A stretch of 47,452 bases of DNA from Octopus bimaculoides (Eukaryota): positions 33,617,828 through 33,665,279 of the forward strand of contig NC_068994.1 of the NCBI RefSeq assembly GCF_001194135.2, read 5' to 3'. Below the pieces are notes generated by a model. That model did not search any database, was not told the DNA's origin, and saw nothing but the letters and a program-made list of their open reading frames with translations. Positions within the stretch are counted from its first letter, which is position 1, and every line of letters starts with the position of its first letter. Position numbers and translations under genes: made by a program. Below, one piece after another: positions 27,645 to 38,220 of this stretch.

Positions 27645-28698
27645 TGGTCCGGTATTATTGTAAGGAGTTTATCCAATGTTTTGTTTTTGTTTTGTTTAGA
27701 GTTTCAGTAGAGATTCCTTTTATATTAGATTAGGTAAACAGTTAAACAGTTGAGGACCTCTAAATACCAGACTCTTACAATGAAGTGATTTGGAAGGTGG
27801 TATATTTGGAAGATGACAGTATCTAACAGTTTGTGCATTAAAATTCTCTCTAATGCGGAAGTTTGGAACGGGATTTTCTATACGTATGTGATAGCATATC
27901 TCACTCTTCAACATTCAAGATAGTAGAGACGCAACGCTTTCAAATATTCCCTGTAGGCTTTTAACCAAAGTTATTTTACTGGTGAACGTTCTTTGTAACC
28001 TTTCAATTTCTTCTATGACACCGAATGAGTTAGGAGACCAAAGTTGTGAGCAGTACTCTAACCTTGTTCAGAACTCAAGTTGTCCATAGAATTAGCTTAA
28101 CTACTGGTTCTCTTGTCACGAATGTTTATAGAATCCAGCCTATGAGATGTCTGCATTTAGAGCTCAGTTTGGTGATGTGGCTAATGAACGATGCCTCATT
28201 TGACATGATTACTCCTATGTCCCGCATGTCATTAGCGCTCTGAATCATTCTAGTGACAAATATTGTGATTTGTGTGCATTAACTCTGTAACGAAGATGTT
28301 GAAATTTTGACGTATTAAATTTCATATTGTTTTAATCGAAACACTGATAAATGAGGTTGAGCTCATCTTGGAGTGTGACAGTAACTTCTGGAGTTTGGAT
28401 AGCCATTGATATTTTTGTATCATCGGTGTAACTCGTAAGTTTGGAGGAGTGCACTTGTAATAGGTTCATGATAAATGATAATAGTCCAAGAACCGTTCTC
28501 TGAGGCATACCACTTAGTACAGGTGACTTCGCAGAGAGAAAACTATTTGCGGCAACAGATTGGCTCCAACCACATAGGAAATCAAAGAGCTATTTCCCTG
28601 TGAGTTTTCCTGTGATACTAAGATCTCTTAACTTATGACAAATGATTCTATGAACAATTTTGTCTAACGTCTTAACAAAATCAAAGCATATATACAGT
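27645..28698 (-). mobile_element. CR1-clade LINE reverse-transcriptase relic
   Basis: Minus strand: YICFDFVKTLDKIVHRIICHKLRDL (about 28620-28695), SGMPQRTVLGLLSFIMN (about 28485-28514), YTDDTKI (28419-28430), DIGVIMSN..KCRHLIGWIL*TF, SLVFRGPQLFNCLP, LDKLLTIIPD. Many stops are present. Confidence 0.9.
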
Positions 28699-28722
28699 TT
28701 CCTTTTCTCTCAAGAGATTATT

Positions 28723-28954
28723 GGCTCTCTAACGGATCAAACTGAATCATATACGATTGATTCATCACAAATATGCACATTCTTGAGTTGACATTATGAC
28801 ACTGCACTTTCCCAACCTATATTTAAACAAAATAGTGTATGAACCAAATGAATTCTTTGATCCCCAGGACTCAACGGCAGACACATCTAAAAATTAATGA
28901 TACTATGGAAGAGGAATCAATTGTATATGATCCAGTTTGATCCATTAGAGAGCC
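28723..28954. mobile_element. 232-bp MITE with 41-bp terminal inverted repeats
   Basis: 28723-28763 (GGCTCTCTAACGGATCAAACTGAATCATATACGATTGATTC) matches the reverse complement of 28914-28954 at 38 of 41 positions. The TSD is unclear. Confidence 0.8.
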
Positions 28955-29277
28955 TATCTGGCAGCGTGTAGCTGGTTTTTCTTTAGCAAGGTGGGAAAAG
29001 ACCTTAGAAATAGATTTTATATTTTACACTGTTCGTTGTTCCCTTAGCAAAGTTTCTTTTCCATTATATTTCATTGCAGTATAGTAAATACATTATGAAT
29101 AATAATAATAATAATAATAATAATGATAATAATAATACATGGATACATGCATACATGCAAACATATATACATGTGTATATATATACACGCACACATACAT
29201 ATACATATATATAGTTTGACCGTTGACTGAACACTATTCAATTTTTTTTCTCCGTGTTTTTCTCCTTGTCTCCGTAT

Positions 29278-29314
29278 TCTTTCTGTTGAAGAGCGTAGCT
29301 CGAAACGTCAAAGA
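29278..29314 (+). ncRNA. Minimal type-I hammerhead ribozyme-like motif with a variant core (CUGUUGA), probably a Penelope-like element terminus
   Basis: Stem I UCUUU/AAAGA; core CUGUUGA plus an extra A; stem II GAGC-GUA-GCUC; GAAAC; loopless palindromic stem III ACGU; GUC cleavage triplet at 29307-29309. Confidence 0.6.
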
Positions 29315-30583
29315 CTTTCCNNNNNNNNNNTATATATATATATATATATATGTATGTATATATATTTATACATACGTACATATACACACCCAGACACACA
29401 GACACACACATACACACATATATACAAGTATATAGTTACGTGCGTATATCGTATAAGAGATCATATTTAGTTTATATAATATGAAACCATTTCCCTACTT
29501 CTGTACATGTATCTGAGACATCGTATCTATATGTATTTTTGCATGTATGTATGCATTTATATATGTTTATGAAATGATAGTATATATATATATAGCGAAT
29601 GAAATATGAAACAATTATCCTGTGTTCCGCACTGTGATTGTAGCGGAAACCTATGTTTGTATTTGTCCAACCGTTCTGCTTGCGTGTAAACCAAAACCGA
29701 AACGATAAAATTATTTTCAGAAAGAAAATTCTCTTACAATATCTGTTATGATTTCTATTAATCACATCTCAAATTCTACCTCGCCGCAGAGAAATCATAA
29801 AGAGATATCAAGTACGGCTAGCCTCCACTTGCGAGCGAATACGACGTGGTAACACATCATAATTTTGTTAATTTTTTGAGATGCCTATGTAGTCACAAAC
29901 AGACACAGATATCCTGTTGCTGCCCCTCACATTTGACCCAGCGGAGCACCCAGGATATGACAGATGGAAAGACTGAGGACGGAGCTAGCACCAGCTTAGT
30001 AGTCAGTCAATGGAACGAGACGGCTAGGATGCTAAAGATTATGACCTGGTTGACTGGACATTCAACCTGTTTTTCGGAGTCAGTACTTATGGCGTGTGAG
30101 ATAAATAAACACAAAGATATATATACGCACACAAGCGCACACGAAGAAATATACGTATATAAATAGAGAGAGTGAGAGAAAGGAGAGTGGCATTACAATT
30201 CATTAACTGAACACGACTGTCATAAATGTTTCTGCTCTCCTCATATACATAATGAGAAATACGCTCACGTGTATAAGCAGAGAAAAAGAGAGGGGGAGAG
30301 AAAGAGAGACAGAGATGGAGAGGGAGTGAATGTTGGAGGAGAGGTAGAGAACGAGAGAAACACTTAAGCACTTTTGTCAAATAAGTCAGCATCGAATCAA
30401 CATTAGCAAACAGGCGGCGCCAAAACGTCTCACACATCACGCTGACTATAGCTGAAAAGCCTGTGGGAACAAGATAAAGTGCCCTTTTCATGGACATATC
30501 GCACCGCTCAGGCCAAGAATTGAACCGTTGATTATGACTCGAACAATCTAGCCACGAAAGACCACGTTTTATTTATTAATTGC

Positions 30584-30793
30584 CTTTTACTTCTTTCAGT
30601 CATTAGACTGCGGCCATGTTGGGGTACCGCCTTAAAGAATTTTTAATTTAATGAATAGACCCTTCTACTTTTTTTTTTTTTCAAACCTGGTACTTATTCT
30701 GTCGGTTTCTCATTTGCCGAAGCGATTGGAACTGGGACATAAATACACCATCACCGGTTGTCAAGCAGTGGTGAGGAACAAATACAGACACAA

Positions 30794-30833
<40 letters not shown>

Positions 30834-31007
30834 GCACACATACACATATACGACAGGCTTCTTTCAGTTTCCGTCCATCAAATCCTCTCAAAAGATTCTA
30901 GTTGACCCGAAGCTGTAGTAGAAGACACTTGCCCAAGATGTTACGCAGTGGGACTGAACTCGGAACCAAATAGTTGGAAAGCAAGCTTCTTACCACACAG
31001 CCAGGCC
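30584..31007 (-). mobile_element. SINE family A, near full length
   Basis: Reverse complement of the family A head, internal (CA)n and tail. Confidence 0.85.
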
Positions 31008-31433
31008 ATTTTTTTTGTTTTTGTTTTTTGAGATATTGTTGTTGTTGTTGTTGCTCGCAGTAACAGTGGAAGTGGTGTTTACTGCATGTCAGTCCTGACG
31101 CTGGAGAAATATGATATCGAAGACACTCCATCCGCGACCATTTCATTTATTACTAGATGTATCTAGCACTAAATTATATGATGTGACATTTCAATCTTTA
31201 AGACGGTAGGGGCGGGATCTGAAGGAGATTTGGCTGCTAATCCTAGCAGGTCGAAGGAACACGTAAAGGCTTTCTTATGAACGTAGTTGCAACTGGCGTT
31301 AATCTCTTAAACTTTCTAGACGGTCTTAGCTAATCCTCTCTATCCACTTCAAGTGGTTTGCATACGCATGTCTGTATTTGTGTGAGCTTACGTGTGTGAA
31401 TATGTGTTTGTGTGTGATCGTTTGTATATGAAT

Positions 31434-31482
<49 letters not shown>

Positions 31483-31928
31483 GTGTGTGTACGCGCATAT
31501 GTGTTCGTGTGTGAATTTGTTTGTCTGTTATTCATATGTTTATGTGATGTGTGTCTGTCTGTATATATGTATATATGCATGTATGTATGTGTGTATATGC
31601 ATGTTTGTGTATACATGTATGTATGTATGTATGTATGTATGTATGTATGTGTATGTGTGTGTGTGTGTGTGCGTGTTCGAGTGTGTATGTACGTGTATAT
31701 GCTGGTATATTAAACGTGTGTGCTTGTATGAGCGTGAAAGAGAGATAGGTTTGTAGAGGATAAAGAGGATTACAGGAAGTTTGGAGGAAGCATAAGATTT
31801 AAAGTTGTGTATTGTAAAATTACCATTGATAAACTCCCTCTTACAATTTCCTGTTCCTTTCTTTTTCCCACACTCCTTCTACCACTCATTCTCTCGCTAT
31901 TTCCACCTATTATCAATTCTTTTACTTT

Positions 31929-31972
<44 letters not shown>

Positions 31973-32169
31973 TTCAAAGTTTTACCTACATTCATTCATC
32001 CCGCACTGTAGCGCCCTATTTTCGTCTTAAGACCATCGCTTGCCCATTACAGCTTATGACCATCCGATGACTATTACTACGAATGACCATTGCTACTTAA
32101 GATCCTCTTATATAACCATTGCCACTTATGAGCATCTTGTGACCATCTTATGGCTGTCCTATAAGCTTT

Positions 32170-32215
32170 ACAACAACGTTTCGGCTGATATACCCTCCAG
32201 CCTTCATCAGGTGTC
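32170..32215 (-). ncRNA. Minimal type-I hammerhead ribozyme motif
   Basis: Minus strand GACAC-CUGAUGA-A-GGCUG-GAGGGUAUAU-CAGCC-GAAAC-GUU-GUUGU: intact CUGAUGA and GAAA core, 5-bp stem II, palindromic AACGUU stem III. Stem I has only 2 bp plus 2 more after a bulge in this copy. Confidence 0.7.
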
Positions 32216-32299
32216 CTGAGGAAATTTCGAACCTGGGTTCTCCTTCCTAAAGTATTTTTCGATGTTGTTGTTGCTGTTGTGGTTGTTATTCTTCTTCTT

Positions 32300-32330
<31 letters not shown>

Positions 32331-32350
32331 TTATTATTATTATTATTATT

Positions 32351-32407
32351 ATCGAACTCGGAATCTTGGGGCTAGTAGCCCACGCTCTTAACCACTACGC
32401 CATATGG
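32351..32407 (-). promoter_or_regulatory. tRNA-derived Pol III-type head upstream of the hammerhead
   Basis: Minus strand TGGCGTAGTGG (A box, 32392-32402), TTAAGAGCG, GGG-CTACTAG-CCC anticodon-like arm, and GAGTTCGAT (B-box start, 32351-32359) truncated by (AAT)n. Confidence 0.65.
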
Positions 32408-32562
32408 CCGTGGTCCATTATGGAGTGAATTTTAGGGCTTATAAATCTAATATTTTCCTATCCTTCAAGATGAGGACAAATATCCGTCAAATGTAAATAA
32501 TGTAAATAATTCTTCATCTCTTAAATATAGAACTGTATTAGGCTAAACCTTGTCCTCACTAA

Positions 32563-32823
32563 CCCTTCTCAAAATCTCAATATGGCTCCAAGTCACTATA
32601 TCCAACCACTACACTACTGCCAAAGCTAAAACAGATGATATTTGATGGCTTCAACATCAAATGTCCTCCACATTTTTATTTACCCTTGACGAGAAAAACT
32701 TTCGACTCCGCTGCTTGTAAACTATTCATAGGAAAAATACTAAACATCAGCTTAAAAAACGATGCAAAACGCTGGATAATAAACTATCGGTCAGGTCGCA
32801 AATCGTTAGCTGAATACATATAG
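32563..32823 (+). mobile_element. Jockey/I-group LINE reverse-transcriptase fragment
   Basis: PFSKSQYGSKSLYPTTTLLPKLKQMIFDGFNIKCPP..KTFDS..KILNISLKNDAKRWIINYRSGRKS matches the QxGFR..STTT..I.DGFN..PP..KAFD..WL.NYLSGR pattern of RT domains 1-3. Confidence 0.7.
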
Positions 32824-32934
32824 TATTTCTGGGAAGATGGATTTGTGTGTCATGCATTACTGTACGACCTTCGAGATCCCAGTGATAACATGGATTTGTG
32901 TAACGCCAATGCACCTAGCTAGATACACGCAAAG

Positions 32935-33150
32935 TTACAGAACTATCGAGGATAATTACAAACCAACAAGACCTGCGAGAGGAAGGCCTTCCCTCGAGGA
33001 AACATAATGTGGTACAGTAAAATCCAAAGAGAAGCCGCAAAAAATGCAGAAATCCAGTTGGAGAGGAGCAGAAATGATCGTCCAGAGTCGAGAATAGTAG
33101 AGAAAAGCCGCGAATGGCCTCAGTTCCATAGAAAGCAAAAGGATTAAGAG
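32935..33150 (+). mobile_element. Possible RTE-like LINE C-terminal remnant
   Basis: RPARGRPS..WYSKIQREA..NDRPESRIVEK resembles the RGRP..W.D......DR..WR..V ending; very degenerate. Confidence 0.3.
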
Positions 33151-33230
33151 ATGTGGTCGAGTTGTCTTTCATAGAACTGCTCGATTAAGGCTACCTGGGA
33201 CCTGGGATTACAAAACAGCAACTACTTACC

Positions 33231-33554
33231 GTGAAGGCGCATGGCTCAGTGGCTAGAGCGTCGGGCTCACAATCATGAAGTAATGAGTTTGATTCCCGGA
33301 TCGGGTTGTGTTGTGTTCTTGAGCAAGCCATTTTATTTCATGTTGCTCCAGTTCACTCAGCTGTAGAAATGAGCTGCAATGTCACTGATGCCAAGCTGTA
33401 TTGGCCTTTACCTCTCCCTTGGACAATATCGGTGGCATGGAGAGTGGAAGCTGATATGCATAGGCGACCACTGGTCTTCTCCGAACTTGTGCCTCGGAGG
33501 GTAACTTTCTAAGTACAATCCCGTGGTCAGTCATGACCGAAAGGCGTCTTTTAC
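33231..33554 (+). mobile_element. tRNA-derived SINE with CORE-like segment
   Basis: GGCGCATGGCTCAGTGGCTAGAGCG (A box), GAGTTTGATTCC (B box), GTGTTCTTGAGCAAG..TTTCATGTTGCTCCAGTTCACTCAGCTG. Confidence 0.75.
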
Positions 33555-33751
33555 TTAACGTGGAACTGCTGGACAAGGACTGTCTCGGGGCTATATAACA
33601 ACAACTGCCTGCGTGTCATAACACAGATGGATCAGGGTTGATTTACGGCTATTCGATAATATATACTTGCATGCTATCGGACGATTGGATCAGAAATGAC
33701 CCAGAGGTTATATAACAATAACTAACTTTGTACCATAAGACTGCTGGATTA

Positions 33752-33985
33752 GGTGGCGAACTGGCAGAATCGTTAGCACGCCGGGCGAAATGCTTAGCGG
33801 TATTTCGTCTGCCATTACATTCTGAGTTCAAATTCCGCCGAGGTCGACTTTTCCTTTCATCCTTTCGGGGTCGATAAATTAAGTACCAGTTACGCACTGG
33901 GGTCGATGTAATCGACTTAATCCCTTTGTCTGCCCTTGTTTGTCCCCTCTTCGTTTAGCTCATTGCGGGCAATAAAGAAATAAGA
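33752..33985 (+). mobile_element. SINE family B, full length, with target-site duplication
   Basis: tRNA-like head, GAGTTCAAATTCC B box, central CCTTTCGGGGTCGATAAA..GTACCAG domain and tail AATAAAGAAATAAGA. The perfect direct repeat ATAAGACTGCTGGATTAGG occurs at 33735-33753 and 33980-33998. Confidence 0.92.
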
Positions 33986-35253
33986 CTGCTGGATTAGGGC
34001 TGGCCTGTGGTTATACAACATGCGGATGCTGGAAATTACACACTAACGACTGCCTATGTTATTGATATCAACACACACCCTGATATCAGCATATGACATT
34101 ACCATTTTTATNNNNNNNNNNNNNNNNNNNNNNNNNNNNNNNNNNNNNNNNNNNNNNNNNNNNNNNNNNNNNNNNNNNNNNNNNNNNNNNNNNNNNNNNN
34201 NNNNNNNNNNNNNNNNNNNNNNNNNNNNNNNNNNNNNNNNNNNNNNNNNNNNNNNNNNNNNNNNNNNNNNNNNNNNNNNNNNNNNNNNNNNNNNNNNNNN
34301 NNNNNNNNNNNNNNNNNNNNNNNNNNNNNNNNNNNNNNNNNNNNNNNNNNNNNNNNNNNNNNNNNNNNNNNNNNNNNNNNNNNNNNNNNNNNNNNNNNNN
34401 NNNNNNNNNNNNNNNNNNNNNNNNNNNNNNNNNNNNNNNNNNNNNNNNNNNNNNNNNNNNNNNNNNNNNNNNNNNNNNNNNNNNNNNNNNNNNNNNNNNN
34501 NNNNNNNNNNNNNNNNNNNNNNNNNNNNNNNNNNNNNNNNNNNNNNNNNNNNNNNNNNNNNNNNNNNNNNNNNNNNNNNNNNNNNNNNNNNNNNNNNNNN
34601 NNNNNNNNNNNNNNNNNNNNNNNNNNNNNNNNNNNNNNNNNNNNNNNNNNNNNNNNNNNNNNNNNNNNNNNNNNNNNNNNNNNNNNNNNNNNNNNNNNNN
34701 NNNNNNNNNNNNNNNNNNNNNNNNNNNNNNNNNNNNNNNNNNNNNNNNNNNNNNNNNNNNNNNNNNNNNNNNNNNNNNNNNNNNNNNNNNNNNNNNNNNN
34801 NNNNNNNNNNNNNNNNNNNNNNNNNNNNNNNNNNNNNNNNNNNNNNNNNNNNNNNNNNNNNNNNNNNNNNNNNNNNNNNNNNNNNNNNNNNNNNNNNNNN
34901 NNNNNNNNNNNNNNNNNNNNNNNNNNNNNNNNNNNNNNNNNNNNNNNNNNNNNNNNNNNNNNNNNNNNNNNNNNNNNNNNNNNNNNNNNNNNNNNNNNNN
35001 NNNNNNNNNNNNNNNNNNNNNNNNNNNNNNNNNNNNNNNNNNNNNNNNNNNNNNNNNNNNNNNNNNNNNNNNNNNNNNNNNNNNNNNNNNNNNATTTCCC
35101 TCAGGTTAAGAATTGCCGGCTTTGGTTAATGGATAATGTAGTTCCTGATGCAATATGTATGAAGTAAATACGGTTAAGAAATGATTGGAACATCTTTTGA
35201 TCATAGGCGCTTCTCGATTAGGGCTGCCCCGGGGGCAAAGGAGCAACGGCAAC

Positions 35254-35297
<44 letters not shown>

Positions 35298-35829
35298 TGC
35301 CGAGAACAGTACTGAGACCACGACCACCATCGCTGTCTATGCCAGCACCACCAGCACCACCGCCATCGTTGCTACTACTATGGCCACCGACGCCACACCC
35401 ATCGCAACCATCGAAGTCACAACTAACATGAATCACTATGAAACCCACCACAAGAATCATTACGCATATCTGTACACGCATGCTTATATACTATATACTA
35501 TATTCTATACATATATATATATATATATATACATATATGTAATATGTATGTGTGTGTGTGTGAGTGTATAGGTATGTCTGATAAGTGCCAGCACACGAAA
35601 CTCTCGGACATTGAGTTACTCTGCTACTACACACACACACACATATACACACATGTATATATACACACACACTCACACACACACACACACGTATATATAT
35701 ACATATACACACACACTCATATATGTATACATATATGTATATATATGCACACATGTATGTATACATAGATACATATATACACATATACCTATCTATCTAT
35801 GTATCAATGTATGTATCTATCCATATATG

Positions 35830-35884
<55 letters not shown>

Positions 35885-37010
35885 NNNNNNNNNNNNNNNN
35901 NNNNNNNNNNNNNNNNNNNNNNNNNNNNNNNNNNNNNNNNNNNNNNNNNNNNNNNNNNNNNNNNNNNNNNNNNNNNNNNNNNNNNNNNNNNNNNNNNNNN
36001 NNNNNNNNNNNNNNNNNNNNNNNNNNNNNNNNNNNNNNNNNNNNNNNNNNNNNNNNNNNNNNNNNNNNNNNNNNNNNNNNNNNNNNNNNNNNNNNNNNNN
36101 NNNNNNNNNNNNNNNNNNNNNNNNNNNNNNNNNNNNNNNNNNNNNNNNNNNNNNNNNNNNNNNNNNNNNNNNNNNNNNNNNNNNNNNNNNNNNNNNNNNN
36201 NNNNNNNNNNNNNNNNNNNNNNNNNNNNNNNNNNNNNNNNNNNNNNNNNNNNNNNNNNNNNNNNNNNNNNNNNNNNNNNNNNNNNNNNNNNNNNNNNNNN
36301 NNNNNNNNNNNNNNNNNNNNNNNNNNNNNNNNNNNNNNNNNNNNNNNNNNNNNNNNNNNNNNNNNNNNNNNNNNNNNNNNNNNNNNNNNNNNNNNNNNNN
36401 NNNNNNNNNNNNNNNNNNNNNNNNNNNNNNNNNNNNNNNNNNNNNNNNNNNNNNNNNNNNNNNNNNNNNNNNNNNNNNNNNNNNNNNNNNNNNNNNNNNN
36501 NNNNNNNNNNNNNNNNNNNNNNNNNNNNNNNNNNNNNNNNNNNNNNNNNNNNNNNNNNNNNNNNNNNNNNNNNNNNNNNNNNNNNNNNNNNNNNNNNNNN
36601 NNNNNNNNNNNNNNNNNNNNNNNNNNNNNNNNNNNNNNNNNNNNNNNNNNNNNNNNNNNNNNNNNNNNNNNNNNNNNNNNNNNNNNNNNNNNNNNNNNNN
36701 NNNNNNNNNNNNNNNNNNNNNNNNNNNNNNNNNNNNNNNNNNNNNNNNNNNNNNNNNNNNNNNNNNNNNNNNNNNAATTTTAAATAATAACAATGATAAT
36801 ATTTAAAATGAAAGTAATAACATTAATAATACTAACTACAGTAGTAGTAGTAGGAGGAGGAGGAGGAGGAGGAGGAGGAGGAGGAGGTGCAGCAGCAGCA
36901 GTGGTAGCGATAATAACAATAGTACTAACAAAAATTATAACGATAATAATAACGATATGATGATGACAATAATAATAATAATGATGATAATAATAATAAT
37001 AATAATAATA

Positions 37011-37063
<53 letters not shown>

Positions 37064-37531
37064 GTTATGGCTCACTCGGTTTCTACTACCTCGTCATCAC
37101 CTGAGGCTACAGCTTATCAACTGTTTCACACTGCGGTGCTACATTATGTTTAAATTCGTTTACACAGATCGAATTTATTTAAATTTAATTTAATTCCAGT
37201 TTTCTTGTAGCATATTCCTGCGACATACTTTCAGGAATTTACCTCGAAGAAAATTCTTGTAAGGTTATTTATTCATTTATTTCGAATTCTTCAAATTTTG
37301 TTGCTTTATTTACTTCTTATAAAAGTTTTGCTACAGCTGAATATTAACGATATATTTAGACGGGGCGAAGGTAAAACCGGAACTCGTCACCCGTGTTCGA
37401 TACTTTTAGATGAGACAAAAAATCAGAATGTGAAACCGCCGCTCGTAGTTGATATGATTGTTTCAGCTTTTATTATTTATTTGTTTCAGTGATTAAACTG
37501 CAGCCAGAGTATTATTTTGAAGGGACTATTG

Positions 37532-37855
37532 TAGTGGTTCTCAATCGGGGTCCTTATAAGATTTTGGGGGCTCTACGCAAAATAGTAAATTAGGGGCCAA
37601 CAGTACTATTTAGTACATGAAGTGTTCATGAAAATGTTTTGCTTCCAATGTATTTATTGAAAGAAATAGCTCGGATTCTTTCTCTAAACGTTTTCCATAG
37701 TTCAACCATCACAAGTTTGTTTGGGAAAAGTGAAATAGAAATTTTGAAAGAAATATCTATAAAACTAGCTCATAAACATCAAATGGTTATAGGGGTTCAC
37801 CAGAATAAAATAGTAATCAGAGGGGCCTAAAAATAAAAATGGTTGAGAATCGCTG
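37532..37855. mobile_element. hAT/Charlie-type non-autonomous element (324 bp)
   Basis: Termini TAGTGGTTCTCAATC and GGTTGAGAATCGCTG resemble CAGTGGTTCTCAACC TIRs. The 8-bp flanks GACTATTG and GTGTAGTC both have TA at positions 4-5, consistent with a decayed TSD. Confidence 0.8.
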
Positions 37856-37904
37856 GTGTAGTCGAATAGATTCGACCCCTGTATTGATTTATTTTGTGTT
37901 AAAC

Positions 37905-38220
37905 CCGCTGAAATCTCATTTCCTATGGCCATATTCGAAGAAGCAGTGACCTAGAAAGCATCATTATGGAAAGATGAGTAGACGAGGCAAAGAACGCAAT
38001 GGATGGACAATATCAAGAGGCTAAGAACGCGATGGATGGACAATATTACGAGGCAAAGAACGCAATGGATGGACAATATCAAGAGGCTAAGAACGCGATG
38101 GATGGACAATATCACGAGAAGTGTGACAAGGCAGGTGGAGAAACGGCGTTTAATCGGGAAGACCTTCGTTGCAGTGTCATCGATGAGCTGCAGGCATACG
38201 ATATATGGCAACGATGACTT
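37905..38220 (+). mobile_element. RTE-clade LINE 3' end containing a 4 x 33-bp internal tandem array
   Basis: YGHIRRSSDLESIIME followed by R.RT.WMDNI (x4) and ..NREDLR.., as in RTE C-termini (GHI.R...LE..I.EG...RGR.R.RW.DNI). The array spans 37984-38118. Confidence 0.7.

Noticed and set aside
35185-35571. Ser/Thr-rich mucin-like ORF
   Set aside because: It is built from (CAG)n and (CAC)n tracts, has no signal peptide and ends in a dinucleotide repeat.
37984-38118. CRISPR-like array
   Set aside because: The units are contiguous with no spacers, the context is eukaryotic, and no cas genes are present.
37999-38217. EAKNAMDGQY repeats as a neuropeptide precursor
   Set aside because: There is no signal peptide and there are no dibasic cleavage sites, and the overlapping frame matches an RTE LINE C-terminus.
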